This document shows positions 17,507-26,966 of a stretch of DNA of 64,000 bases, one piece after another. Below the pieces are notes generated by a model. The model saw only the letters and a program-made list of their open reading frames with translations. It made no database searches and was not told where the DNA came from. Both the position numbers and the translations under genes were made by a program. Numbering within the stretch: position 1 is the stretch's first letter; each line of letters opens with the position of its first letter. Origin of the DNA: Vicinamibacteria bacterium (lineage in GTDB: Bacteria; Acidobacteriota; Vicinamibacteria; Vicinamibacterales; UBA8438); contig CAUZIB010000014.1 in the NCBI GenBank assembly GCA_963579735.1, positions 1,552 through 65,551 on the forward strand, written 5' to 3'.

Positions 17507-18262
17507 TCAGCGGTGCTCCGGCGTCAGCTCGAGCCAGATGGCACGGGGTTGCCCGAGCACGTGCTCTTCTTCGTGAGGGATGGCCATCGGGGATGTGCTC
17601 GATATCACCTCGCCTGGACTTCGCGAGAACGGAGGATTCGTGCCATTCTTGTCGATAGTCCTCAAGGCCCCGCCACTGACAAAGACAGCCGCCGTTGGCG
17701 CATAGTGGAGATGATTCGCGATGGGCACGCCGGCTGCCCAGGTCTGGTCCCAGACGCGGATCCCGTTGACCTCGAACAATTTGACCGCCCCCGCCCGGGG
17801 AAATTGCCCGGGTATCCCCTCGGTCATCGGCCACGATGAGGCTGGCAGGGTCTTTATCTGAAAAACGACGGCCCGACTCGGGGTGTCGCCGACCGCGGCG
17901 ATCGAGCGGATCGTGCCACGCGGCTCGAAGCGCACGAAACCGAGCGGCTCGTAATCGATCGCCCACTCGCCGTCGGGTCCGGTGACCTTGACTGCCGCGG
18001 GGGTCAGAGTGACGGACACTTGGTCCATGGTCAGCTCTTCGAGGGGCGCGGTCGCCTCCGATGCGCGCGTTACATCCCAGACGGCGAGGAAGTCGTTCTC
18101 ACGGGCCAATATCGCGCCCTCAGTCGGGAATGCAGGCGGCGAGGTTTGGGCATTAGCCGGACTCGACAAAGAGAGAACGACGATCAACATCGAGCTGAAG
18201 CGCGTTGCGGCTGTTCGTCTGGCGACGTCTAGACTCCTCGTCACGGCGGCGGTGGTCACCAT
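17507..18262 (-). CDS. Hypothetical secreted protein (two similar beta-rich halves)
   Basis: Signal-like N-terminus (RFSSMLIVVLSLSSPANAQ). Starts 3 nt after the aldolase stop. No family recognised. Confidence 0.5.
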   Translation of the reverse strand: MVTTAAVTRSLDVARRTAATRFSSMLIVVLSLSSPANAQTSPPAFPTEGAILARENDFLAVWDVTRASEATAPLEELTMDQVSVTLTPAAVKVTGPDGEWAIDYEPLGFVRFEPRGTIRSIAAVGDTPSRAVVFQIKTLPASSWPMTEGIPGQFPRAGAVKLFEVNGIRVWDQTWAAGVPIANHLHYAPTAAVFVSGGALRTIDKNGTNPPFSRSPGEVISSTSPMAIPHEEEHVLGQPRAIWLELTPEHR

Positions 18263-18265
18263 GTG

Positions 18266-19246
18266 TCAGCGCTCCACCCCAGCCGCGACCACGGCCCGCC
18301 GCGCCGCGTCGTTGCCGGCCGTCAAGCCACCATTCGCGCCTCCAAAATTGAGGATTCGATACCCTTGCTCAATCCGCAGGGCCGCGTTCGCGGGACTGAC
18401 GGTACCCCCGCAAGCGATGTTCCGAGTCTGGCAGACAGCAAGGAGGTGCTCGAAGGCCGCCGCAACTTCTGGGTCATCGACCGTTTCCGCACCGTAGCCC
18501 GCCGTAAGGTCTGCGCCTGCGCCGAGATAAAAGCCCCCAACCCCCGGAATCTGGGCGATCGCATCGGCGTTCTGGACCCCTAACCTTGTCTCGATCATGG
18601 GCCAGAACACCAGATCGCCCTCGGGGTTTAGCGGCCACAGGTCAGCCCGTTTGCGGCACTCGTCCCGAGTGATGCCCCAGAATCCACAAATGACGGTGCC
18701 TCGCAGCCCCGATGGATGCAGAAGTGTCGCGTCACGGCGCGGCATCGGTCGCATGGTGCGCACGATGTTCTCGGCTTGCTCCGGCGTCTCGATGTTGTTG
18801 ATCAGGATACCCATGAGACCGATATCGAGCGCATGCTTGACCATCCAGAGAGTCTGCTCCCGCCCGGACGGCGGAAACCTTGCGAACACGGCCGGGTGGG
18901 CCTGGGTGTGCCCTCGGCGGGCGATACCGGCCTTGTCGCTGGCGACGAGAAACGCCACAAAGCGTTCGAGCTCATCGAACCGGAGCGGGTTGTGTTCCAT
19001 GTCGACGTACACGTAGTCGATTTCTTGACTGGCGGCCAAGGAGCGCGCGTTCTGCAGCGAAAGATCTGAGGTGCTTACGCCAAAGACATGGCTTCCCTGC
19101 GAAAGTTTCTCGACCACTGGGTTCAAGTGGAGATAACTTTCTTGCGCCGAAGGACCCGATACCAGCATGACTACAGCCACGAGACTGACGCCGGTCCCGA
19201 CCCAGCCGAGTCTAGCTGCTTTGGTAGTTGTGCGATTCCCTGTCAC
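18266..19246 (-). CDS. HpcH/HpaI-family aldolase with N-terminal signal/anchor
   Basis: EIDYVYVDMEHNP motif. Start placed at GTG 19246 (AGAGGTG 5 nt upstream), giving an N-terminus of KAARLGWVGTGVSLVAVVMLVSGPSAQE. The 223-codon Arg/Pro-rich extension to 19915 is rejected. Confidence 0.75.
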   Translation of the reverse strand: MTGNRTTTKAARLGWVGTGVSLVAVVMLVSGPSAQESYLHLNPVVEKLSQGSHVFGVSTSDLSLQNARSLAASQEIDYVYVDMEHNPLRFDELERFVAFLVASDKAGIARRGHTQAHPAVFARFPPSGREQTLWMVKHALDIGLMGILINNIETPEQAENIVRTMRPMPRRDATLLHPSGLRGTVICGFWGITRDECRKRADLWPLNPEGDLVFWPMIETRLGVQNADAIAQIPGVGGFYLGAGADLTAGYGAETVDDPEVAAAFEHLLAVCQTRNIACGGTVSPANAALRIEQGYRILNFGGANGGLTAGNDAARRAVVAAGVER

Positions 19247-19431
19247 CTGAGCACCTCTTTCTGTGGGCGTTGGCCCTTCGCCGCGGCACGTCCACCCCAT
19301 TGACCCGAAACGCCTCGGACTTGCGCTAGCGGAGTGTAGGCCACCACGCGAACTTGTGCGTAAAGATGACACAAGCTCGACCAGCGGAGAGACTGGTGAT
19401 AAAAAAGTGGGGGTGTTTCGCGAGGCGCTTC

Positions 19432-19872
19432 CTAGCCGCCGAGCTCGGCCCGCGCCATCCGCGCCGCCTCGTAGCTGGGCGCGAGCTCGAGGGCGCGATC
19501 GAGTGAGATGCGCGCTTCTGACACGAGCCCTTCTCGAGTCTGGGACAGCCCCAGGTGGTAGTCGACAATCGCGTTCTCGGGTGCGAGGTCGAGAACGCGT
19601 TGAAAGAACGGGATCGCGCGCCCGGCCTGCCCCCGCTGATAATAGACCCACCCCATCGTGTCGTTGACGTCGGGGTGGTCGGGCAGTTCGCCCAGCGCCA
19701 GTCGCGCCGCAAAGTCCAGGCTTTGTTGTGTGTCGGCGAGCATGCAGGCCAGGTTGTTGGCAGGCACCGGCGCCTCCGGTTCGACAAGCAGCGCGCGCTC
19801 GAACCACTGTTTGGCCTCGGGCAGCCGGTTCTCCGCCGCACTGGCCCCTTGAAACCGACGAACGCCGCGAGT
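19432..19872 (-). pseudogene. C-terminal fragment of a TPR protein (PrsT-like end)
   Basis: TPR-like sequence (ENRLPEAKQWFERALLVEPEAP VPANNLACMLA...DTMGWVYYQRG...YHLGLS) runs 35 codons upstream of the first start (GTG 19767) to an in-frame TGA at 19873-19875. No continuation in any frame upstream. Confidence 0.45.
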
Positions 19873-20050
19873 TCAGATAGCCCCGCCGACCCACCGGACC
19901 GAGCGAATGGCACAAAGGACCAGCTATGAGGCGGCCGATGTCAGAAATGGCGGTGAGAACGTGAGGGAAGCAGGTGGAAAATGTAAGGCGGAGACCCGGC
20001 TGGGCGACCAGTACCGCCAGGTTTCGGAGGCGCGGGATACCTGGCGAGAC

Positions 20051-21112
20051 CTACGCGAACTCAGTGAGCGAGACGCTGACGGTCCTTGTGCGGTCTGCCC
20101 CGGCGCGCCAGTGGATCAAGATGGGGCTTTGGTATGTGCCTTCGACAATCGCGGGTTGCCCCGTTGAATTTTCATCCGAGATAAGGAGATCTACGGAGCG
20201 TCTGACGCCGAATAGACGCTCTGCCGGTGCCGCCAACGCCCGCGCGACCCATCGCTCGATACGAGACGTGGGAAGACCAAGCACGTCCACAAACTGATTC
20301 AAAGCCTGCACCAAATCGTATCGTGCGTAAGCGCAGGCTTTCAGGGGGACGGCGCGCGGTTCTTTCCAAACGTGGCGGGCCTTTTCGGCTGCGAATCGAA
20401 ACGGTTCTCTCAGCACATCGGTCAGATCGTGGCGCATCAACAGCGTCTCGTACTCGTTGACCGTGAGACAGGCGTGCCGTTCTTCGGGTGCCAGCGTCAG
20501 TGTCAGTCGTCCCTTTCCGGACGCGTGACGGGCAACAAACTCACTCAGTTGTTCCTGCAGACCAAAGCGCGGATCGTTGAGGCTGACCGCATCAATCGGA
20601 TGCGCAGAGATCGGGACGTGGACGGTGGTGTGGGCCACCTCCACCTCGTCGTTGTAGCCCACCAGGACGGTCGTGCGGTTTCTCCGGGTACCGCCGAACG
20701 TACCATCGAGATCTACAAAGTAGACTGGATCGGGTCGCAGGCGATGCGATACGCAGGCTCGAAGCCCACCGAGTATGAATCTCAGATGCGAATCGCCGTT
20801 GAGCGGCTCATTGAGACGCTGCTCCACGGTGAGCTCGGTGCGTTCGCTGAGTTCGTCGTGACGATACCCTCCTCGTTCCGGAAAAAGAGCTCGGTATACG
20901 TCCAAATACGACGTAATGCCTTTCCGAACGCCAACAAGTCGTCGCTGCAGGCTCTGTGGGAGGTATCCGGCGGTCGTGTGCAGAGAGCCGTAAAAACACC
21001 GCGTATACCGGTCGAGCTCGTCGCCGATGGTCGCCGCCGCTCGTTTGCGGACGTCGGTGATTGCGACTCTGCTTGGGGGGGTTATGTCGAGAGCGAACTG
21101 AAGTGGCGCCAT
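20051..21112 (-). CDS. YjbQ/UPF0047-like protein with a long internal insertion
   Basis: N-terminal ALDITPPSRVAITDV...GSLHTTAGYL...NGDSHLRFILGG and C-terminal SVDLLISDE...IVEGTYQSPILIHWR...RTVSVSLTEF resemble the two halves of the YjbQ fold. An alternative GTG start lies at 21169. Confidence 0.55.
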   Translation of the reverse strand: MAPLQFALDITPPSRVAITDVRKRAAATIGDELDRYTRCFYGSLHTTAGYLPQSLQRRLVGVRKGITSYLDVYRALFPERGGYRHDELSERTELTVEQRLNEPLNGDSHLRFILGGLRACVSHRLRPDPVYFVDLDGTFGGTRRNRTTVLVGYNDEVEVAHTTVHVPISAHPIDAVSLNDPRFGLQEQLSEFVARHASGKGRLTLTLAPEERHACLTVNEYETLLMRHDLTDVLREPFRFAAEKARHVWKEPRAVPLKACAYARYDLVQALNQFVDVLGLPTSRIERWVARALAAPAERLFGVRRSVDLLISDENSTGQPAIVEGTYQSPILIHWRAGADRTRTVSVSLTEFA

Positions 21113-21243
21113 CAGGAATTCAACGCGATCAGGCCCGCGCCGCCCGTTGCGATTTGCATACGGTAACACGTCGGTGCCCCGCTACGCGAAGATATCCCGT
21201 TATTGGCTGAGGGGCGGACGTGTGTCCGACGGACCATCGAGCC

Positions 21244-21498
21244 TCAGTCCTGCGACTGACCCGCATCTTTCGACTTGAGCTCACCGTCGTGCTCCATCAG
21301 AAATGTCTGAATATCGTCGGCATTCTCGAGCAAACGCCCCCACTGTTCCTTGTACAGGGTGACCGGGAAGCGACCGAGTCCGTAGACCGATAGCGCACCC
21401 TTCGTGCTCACTTTGAGCTTCAGCGGGCTGGCCTGCTGACGTTTCAGCGCTTCGTTCTCTGCTTTGAGTCGTGCAAGTTCTTCCTGAATGTCGTCCAT
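21244..21498 (-). CDS. Hypothetical 84-aa protein (coiled coil plus small beta domain)
   Basis: MDDIQEELARLKAENEALKRQ...KVSTKGALSVYGLGRFPVTLYKEQWGRLL. Start placed at ATG 21498, just after the HAD gene stop. Confidence 0.5.
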   Translation of the reverse strand: MDDIQEELARLKAENEALKRQQASPLKLKVSTKGALSVYGLGRFPVTLYKEQWGRLLENADDIQTFLMEHDGELKSKDAGQSQD

Positions 21499-21512
21499 GT
21501 TTCGCCCTCGCC

Positions 21513-22319
21513 TTACTGGTGAATGAGAGGTGCCAGGTCGGTAATTGCCGCGACTACGCGATCGGCCGCGAACCCCAGTTCTTCCGGGGGCTCTTGGGCG
21601 TTGCGCTGAATCCAAAACGTGGTCAACCCAGCGGAGGCCGCTCCGTTGATGTCCCACGAATTGGACGACACGAAACCCAGCGCTGTCCGACCGACGTCGA
21701 GCCGCTCCAATCCCAGCTGATACACCCGGGGACTCACTTTGAAAATCTTTATCTCCTCGATGCTAATAATCGTATCGAGCAATGTGTCGATCCCGGCGCT
21801 CGCAGCCGCCGCCTCGAGCATCCGGGGCTCACCGTTCGAAAGAATCGCGAGCTTTACGCCCCGCGTCTTCAACGCCTCCAATCCAGGCCGGACGTCCGGA
21901 AAGGCGGCCAACGTAAGGTAGGCTTCCATGAGCCGCTCGCGCCGCGCGGACGAGAGATCCAGACGTAGGCTCTGGGCCGCGTAACGCAGCGCGTCCTCCG
22001 TCACCAGCCAAAAGTCTCGATGACGACCCATGAGACTGCGAAGCAGACTGTATTGAAGCTGTTTGGCCCGCCAGAGCTGAGCCAGCGGCGTGCCTTGACC
22101 AGGGAATAGCTCTTCGCACAGCGTAGTGACCGAAAATACGTCAAAGAGCGTCCCATACGCATCAAACGCGACAGCGTCGATGTCATCAAAGCGTGAGTCG
22201 GTCTGAGTCGCGGACGAGACCACACCCGCGGCCCCGCTGCCGACAACATACGCCCCGGTGGCGCCACACACTCTGATGAAGTCTCTGCGATGGGCCTGCA
22301 TGTTTCCCGCCTCTCTCAT
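21513..22319 (-). CDS. HAD superfamily hydrolase, haloacid dehalogenase type II-like, with twin-arginine signal
   Basis: MQAHRRDFIRVCGATGAYVVGSGAAG is a Tat-type signal. Motif I is AFDAYGTLFDV. An alternative start lies at 22301. Confidence 0.8.
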   Translation of the reverse strand: MREAGNMQAHRRDFIRVCGATGAYVVGSGAAGVVSSATQTDSRFDDIDAVAFDAYGTLFDVFSVTTLCEELFPGQGTPLAQLWRAKQLQYSLLRSLMGRHRDFWLVTEDALRYAAQSLRLDLSSARRERLMEAYLTLAAFPDVRPGLEALKTRGVKLAILSNGEPRMLEAAAASAGIDTLLDTIISIEEIKIFKVSPRVYQLGLERLDVGRTALGFVSSNSWDINGAASAGLTTFWIQRNAQEPPEELGFAADRVVAAITDLAPLIHQ

Positions 22320-22487
22320 CGGCTGGTTGGCGTCATCCAGACACGTCGGCCGTCTGCAATCGGAATTCTTGAGCGCAGCGTCTCGTTGACTCGCTCACTG
22401 TAACAGTTGCCTCGGCACCGAGATCCGAGGCGCGACGAGGGCGCACAATGGGTATGTCCGACAGAGGAGCAGCGCCGTCGCGGGACA

Positions 22488-24146
22488 CTAATCCGGCAGT
22501 CCGAACACGAAGAGATTGTTACCGGCGGCTGCCGCGACGAACTGGTGTCCGTCGACCGCAAATGACATCGGGCCGTTCGCGATCATCCCCCCCAGCGTTC
22601 TGCGCCACAGCAGCTCACCGCTGGTGGCGTCCAGTGCGTGGAAATAGCCTTCTCGATTGCCGGTAAAGAGGAGGTCGGTCGCGGTCGTGAGAATCCCACT
22701 GCTCGTGACGTCCGTCATGTTAAACCGCCATCGCTCCCCACCAGTCGCCGGGTCGATCGCGACAACCGCACCGGATCCGGCCTCCTCGGTCCAATCGTTG
22801 ATGGGACCGCGTCCCAGCGGGGGAATGACCGGTGCGCCTGGTAGTGGGTTCCCTGGGCGTCCCCCGAGAAAGGCCCGTCCTGGCTGGTACTCCGATTCGT
22901 CGGCAACAAAGATGGAGCTATACCGTTCCCACGCAGAGAGATAAAACAGCTGGGTGCTCGGGCTATAAGACGGAGAGTACCAATTCGTGCCGCCGGCTGG
23001 ACCGGGAAACGTCGGCTCCCCTTCTGGTTGCGGTGTCTCCACTGGTCGACCGTTGTCGTCCAAACTCTCGGCCCAGTTCACAAAAATATACGGGTCGCCG
23101 GAGACGAACTGGCCGTTCTGGCGGTCCAGCACGTAGAAGAACCCATTCCGGTTGCCCCACAACATCAGCTTGACAGTCTGTCCATCCTGCCCAGGGTAAT
23201 CGACCAGAACCTGGACCTGGACGGAGTCATAGTCGTAGTCGTCATTGGGTGTGAACTGGAAATACCAGGCGAGCTCGCCGGTGTCAGCGTCGAGCGCGAC
23301 CACCGAGTCAGAATACAAGTTGTCACCGGGCCGTTGCGCAGGATTCCAGTCGGGGCCCGGGTTCCCAATGCCCCAGTATGTCAAGTTGAGGTCCGGGTCA
23401 TAGGACCCGGTCATCCAGACCGACGCGCCACCGTGCATCCAGGCGTCACCGTCACCCCATGTGGCGTGGCCAGGCTCTCCGGGACCAGGAATAGTGTAGA
23501 AGCGCCACGCCTCGTCGCCGGTATCGGCGTCGTAGGCCGCGATGAACCCGCGCACTCCATACTCACCGCCGGCCACGCCGATGATGACTTTGTCCTTGAT
23601 AATGAGCGGAGCCAGCGTCATGGCATAACCGAGCCTCGCGTCCGCTATCTGCTTGGCCCAACGCGGTTGTCCCGTCGTGGCGTCGATCGCAATGAGCTTG
23701 GCGTCGATCGTGGCCATGAACAGCGTAGTGCCCAAGATCCCCAGCCCGCGGTTGACCCGTCCGCAGCACGGCCGACTCTGGTTAGACGGCGTGTATTCGT
23801 AGCGCCAAAAGACGCGCCCGAGTTTGGCGTCGAGGGCGACGACCGTATTGGGGGCTTCGGTCAGGTACATGATCCCGTCCACAACGAGCGGACTGGTCTG
23901 AAACGCTTGCAGCGATTGCGCCTGAAAGACCCACTTCAGCTCCAGTTGGCCGACATTGGTCGGGTGGATATCGGCCAGCGTGGTGTGGCGTTGACTGTCA
24001 TAGCCGCCAGAGTAGGTCAGCCAGTTGTGTGGCTCGCTCCCGGCGTTGAGAATTCGGTCAAAGGTGACTCCGCTCTCCTGCGCAACGGCCGTCGCGGAGA
24101 TGAGGAGGACGGCGCAGCCAAGGAGTGCGGCAGATCTTGGCATCAT
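22488..24146 (-). CDS. PQQ-dependent alcohol dehydrogenase (methanol/ethanol family), exported
   Basis: Signal peptide MMPRSAALLGCAVLLISATAVAQE. NWLTYSGGYDSQRHTTL. Vicinal Cys pair (PCCG). Propeller W-motifs. DYD at residues 305-307. GGGAGGA RBS 8 nt upstream. Confidence 0.9.
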   Translation of the reverse strand: MMPRSAALLGCAVLLISATAVAQESGVTFDRILNAGSEPHNWLTYSGGYDSQRHTTLADIHPTNVGQLELKWVFQAQSLQAFQTSPLVVDGIMYLTEAPNTVVALDAKLGRVFWRYEYTPSNQSRPCCGRVNRGLGILGTTLFMATIDAKLIAIDATTGQPRWAKQIADARLGYAMTLAPLIIKDKVIIGVAGGEYGVRGFIAAYDADTGDEAWRFYTIPGPGEPGHATWGDGDAWMHGGASVWMTGSYDPDLNLTYWGIGNPGPDWNPAQRPGDNLYSDSVVALDADTGELAWYFQFTPNDDYDYDSVQVQVLVDYPGQDGQTVKLMLWGNRNGFFYVLDRQNGQFVSGDPYIFVNWAESLDDNGRPVETPQPEGEPTFPGPAGGTNWYSPSYSPSTQLFYLSAWERYSSIFVADESEYQPGRAFLGGRPGNPLPGAPVIPPLGRGPINDWTEEAGSGAVVAIDPATGGERWRFNMTDVTSSGILTTATDLLFTGNREGYFHALDATSGELLWRRTLGGMIANGPMSFAVDGHQFVAAAAGNNLFVFGLPD

Positions 24147-24184
24147 CAGTCTCGTCCTCCCTAATTTTCTGTTGCGACGGCCCG

Positions 24185-24349
24185 CTACCGTCCTGCGTCA
24201 CCGATTCCTTACACAAGTCCCGGGCGGCATATCCCGTCTCGCGGCCTGACGCCTCCGTCGAGTATGGCCAATATTCTGCCTCATCGCGCCTTGTCAGCGG
24301 GGTGCCGCGCGCCGCGACTTGTGGAGGGAGTCACTGACACGGACACTAG
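24185..24349. repeat. Imperfect inverted-repeat intergenic element, copy A (about 43-bp terminal inverted repeats)
   Basis: The left end (24185-24227) and the reverse complement of the right end (24349-24307) align at about 31/43 positions. The right end aligns with the left end of copy B (12132-) at about 33/43. Lies between the ygiQ stop and the PQQ-ADH RBS. Confidence 0.45.
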
Positions 24350-26367
24350 ATACCAGCACCCTTCGGCCGATAGCCTGGGCGTGGCGCGTGGCGGGATTGC
24401 TTCTTTGGCCGCTTGAACTGGTCGACGACGGGAACCGTGTGTACATGGTCACCCGCGAATTGCCGGTTCGCGCTCTCTCGGCGGCGCGCGATCGCCTCTC
24501 GTGGCGGCGCGGACGGAATCAGCGCGTCACAACCGTTGCCGATGAGGTCGCCGCGACCGGCCTGGAGCAGAGCTCGCCTGACCTCTACATAGTTCTCCGG
24601 CTTGAAGAACTGCATGAGCGCCCGTTGCAACTTCCGGTCGCGGAGGTGTTTGGCGATAAAGACGGGCTTCTTTGTGAACGGGTCGATACCCGTGTGATAC
24701 ATCGCGGTCGCCACGTCGAACGGAGCGGGGATAAAGTCCTGGACTTGGTCCGGACGATAGCCGCCGCGCTTGAGAAACACCGCCAGGTCAATCATCGCCG
24801 CCAGATCGCTTCCGGGGTGACTCGCGATGAAATAGGGGACGATGTATTGCTGTTTGCCGGCCTGTCGAGATTCGTCCTCGAACGATGCTGCGAATTTCTC
24901 GAAGTCGTCACCCGAGGGTTTCCGCATGCGGGTGAGCACGGTTGGATCCACGTGTTCGGGCGCAACCTTGAGGTGTCCTCCGACGTGATGACGGGTGAGC
25001 TCGCGTATATAGCGTGGGGACCGTCGAGCGAGGTCCATACGGAGGCCGCTGGCGACGAGCACTTTCTTGACGCCCGGGGTCCGGCGTGCCTGCTTCATCA
25101 CATCGATGAGCGGCTCGTGATTGGTGTCGAGGAGCTTGCAGATCGTGGGATGCACGCAGGATTGGCGACGACAGATGGCCTCGACCTCCGGCTTCGAGCA
25201 CTTCATCTCGTACATGTTGGCGGTGGGGCCACCGATATCGCTGACTGTTCCCTTGAACTCGGGGTCAGTCGCCAATTCGCGCACTTCGTCGAGAATCGAC
25301 TGTTTGCTCCGCGATTGAATAATGCGACCCTGATGGGTCGTGATCGAGCAGAAGGTGCACCCGCCAAAACAACCCCGCATGATCGTCACGGAGTCCTTGA
25401 TCATCTCGAAGGCGGGAATCGGCTCGGTATACGCGGGATGTGGTCGCCGCGTGTAGGGTAAGCCGTAGACCATATCCATCGCCGGTTGAGAGATCGGCAA
25501 CGCCGGGCGGTTGCAGACAATGGCCTGGCGGTCGTGGGTTTGGATCAGTCGGCGCGCGTTATAGGGGTTGGTTTCATCATGAATCAACCGTGTCGCCTCG
25601 GCGAACGCGAGCTTGTCGGCTCGAACGGTCTCGAACGAGGGCAACGTCAACACGTCGACCGGGCGGGGCTCGGACGCGCCAAGCGCAAAGGCGACCCCGC
25701 GCATGTCGCGCAAGTCGCGGACGGACTCCCCGGCGGCGAGACGACGAGCAATCTCGACGATGCCTTCCTCGCCCATGCCGTAGACAAGGAGATCGGCTTT
25801 GCAATCCAAAAGAATCGAGCGTCGAACGGTGTCGCTCCAGTAGTCGTAGTGCGCCAGCCGGCGAAGCGAGGCCTCGACACCGCCCGCGATGACCGGGACG
25901 TTCTTATACGCCTGCCGAGCGCGTTGACAATACGCGAGCGTCGCTCGGTCGGGTCGCATACCGATGCGCCCGCCGGGCGAGTACGCGTCGTCGTTGCGCA
26001 CCTTTCGGTTGGCGGTGTAGTGGTTGATCATCGAGTCCATGTTGCCGGCGCTCACGGCAAAAAAAAGCCGCGGCTTGCCAAAGCGCTGCCAATCGGCGAC
26101 GGACTGCCAGTTTGGCTGGGACACGATTCCGACCCGGAACCCGGCCGCCACGAGTATCCGCCCAAGGATCGCCATCGCGAAACTGGGGTGATCGATATAG
26201 GCATCGCCGGTGACAAAGACAACGTCGATTTCGTCCCAGCCACGCTGCCGCATTTCCGCCGCGGACAGTGGGAGAGGTGTCCGGGGAGCGTCGGGTGGCG
26301 GCGCCGGCAACATGGCGAGCACATTCCCGGTCGAGCCCGGGGCGTCAAGGACGCGATGACGAGGCAT
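24346..26367 (-). CDS. ygiQ: YgiQ-family radical SAM protein (UPF0313)
   Basis: [30 protein letters not shown]. Radical-SAM cluster [13 protein letters not shown]. Start uncertain (26367, 26313 or 26451). Confidence 0.85.
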   Translation of the reverse strand: MPRHRVLDAPGSTGNVLAMLPAPPPDAPRTPLPLSAAEMRQRGWDEIDVVFVTGDAYIDHPSFAMAILGRILVAAGFRVGIVSQPNWQSVADWQRFGKPRLFFAVSAGNMDSMINHYTANRKVRNDDAYSPGGRIGMRPDRATLAYCQRARQAYKNVPVIAGGVEASLRRLAHYDYWSDTVRRSILLDCKADLLVYGMGEEGIVEIARRLAAGESVRDLRDMRGVAFALGASEPRPVDVLTLPSFETVRADKLAFAEATRLIHDETNPYNARRLIQTHDRQAIVCNRPALPISQPAMDMVYGLPYTRRPHPAYTEPIPAFEMIKDSVTIMRGCFGGCTFCSITTHQGRIIQSRSKQSILDEVRELATDPEFKGTVSDIGGPTANMYEMKCSKPEVEAICRRQSCVHPTICKLLDTNHEPLIDVMKQARRTPGVKKVLVASGLRMDLARRSPRYIRELTRHHVGGHLKVAPEHVDPTVLTRMRKPSGDDFEKFAASFEDESRQAGKQQYIVPYFIASHPGSDLAAMIDLAVFLKRGGYRPDQVQDFIPAPFDVATAMYHTGIDPFTKKPVFIAKHLRDRKLQRALMQFFKPENYVEVRRALLQAGRGDLIGNGCDALIPSAPPREAIARRRESANRQFAGDHVHTVPVVDQFKRPKKQSRHAPRPGYRPKGAGI

Positions 26368-26456
26368 GGTCTTTTTTGCGGCCACAGCCGCAGAAGCCAC
26401 GAGACATTCTATCGGTGTACGCCACGAATAGTCGGGTGACACACTCGCCAAGATGG

Positions 26457-26966
26457 TCAGCGCTGCTGAAACTGGACCGGGTGAGTGGTGATCCGAATTC
26501 GGGTCTCCATATACGTGACCGACTCCCCATCGATCACGCGAAACCAGTGCGGCGTGCCCGGTTGCAGCACCAGAACGTCCCCGGCGCTCACAGGACGGGC
26601 CAAGCCGCCGCTGATCCCGTGCTCGCTTCTCATAATGTCCGGATTGTTCGACTCGGCCAGCGGTGATACCAGGAGGCCACCGGTCACGAGTGTCCCGCTC
26701 CCCTCTAGAATCCGGTAGATCTCGATGCTGAATGGATGGAGCACCGCATATTGCGGGACTGAGCTACTGCGACGCCGGACAGAGACCCCGGGGGAGACCC
26801 GAACCGCCCAGCCGCCGGCCGACGCCGATGATGCTGCGGCCGTCTCCAGCGATTCGGTGATGTCAGTGCTACTCCTATAAATACCAGGAGGGGCACCTGG
26901 CTCCTGGGCAAGAACCGGAAGGCCCACCGTCATGACGGTCGAGAGTGCGACGAACGACGTTCTCAT
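26457..26966 (-). CDS. Secreted cupin-domain protein
   Basis: Signal [22 protein letters not shown]. Cupin-like [14 protein letters not shown]. Confidence 0.55.
   Translation of the reverse strand: MRTSFVALSTVMTVGLPVLAQEPGAPPGIYRSSTDITESLETAAASSASAGGWAVRVSPGVSVRRRSSSVPQYAVLHPFSIEIYRILEGSGTLVTGGLLVSPLAESNNPDIMRSEHGISGGLARPVSAGDVLVLQPGTPHWFRVIDGESVTYMETRIRITTHPVQFQQR

Noticed and set aside
19247-19915. 223-codon N-terminal extension of the aldolase ORF (18266-19915)
   Set aside because: The extension is extremely Arg/Pro/Gly-rich and overlaps the TPR fragment in another frame. A GTG with a good RBS at 19246 gives a normal signal peptide plus aldolase domain.
12132-24349. CTAG at element ends read as a target-site duplication, or as stop codons donated by the element
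   Set aside because: TAG stops preceded by a C-ending codon are common throughout this window (mutS, recG, aroF, the 15456 gene and others). CTAG at gene ends is therefore expected by composition and cannot be taken as a TSD without empty-site comparisons.
23028-26439. Long plus-strand ORFs (23028-24164, 24319-25461, 25486-26439; 317-380 aa) opposite the PQQ-ADH and ygiQ genes
   Set aside because: They lie antisense to genes with strong family motifs. Their products are Arg/Gly/His-rich with no motifs. They are the typical shadow ORFs of GC-rich DNA.
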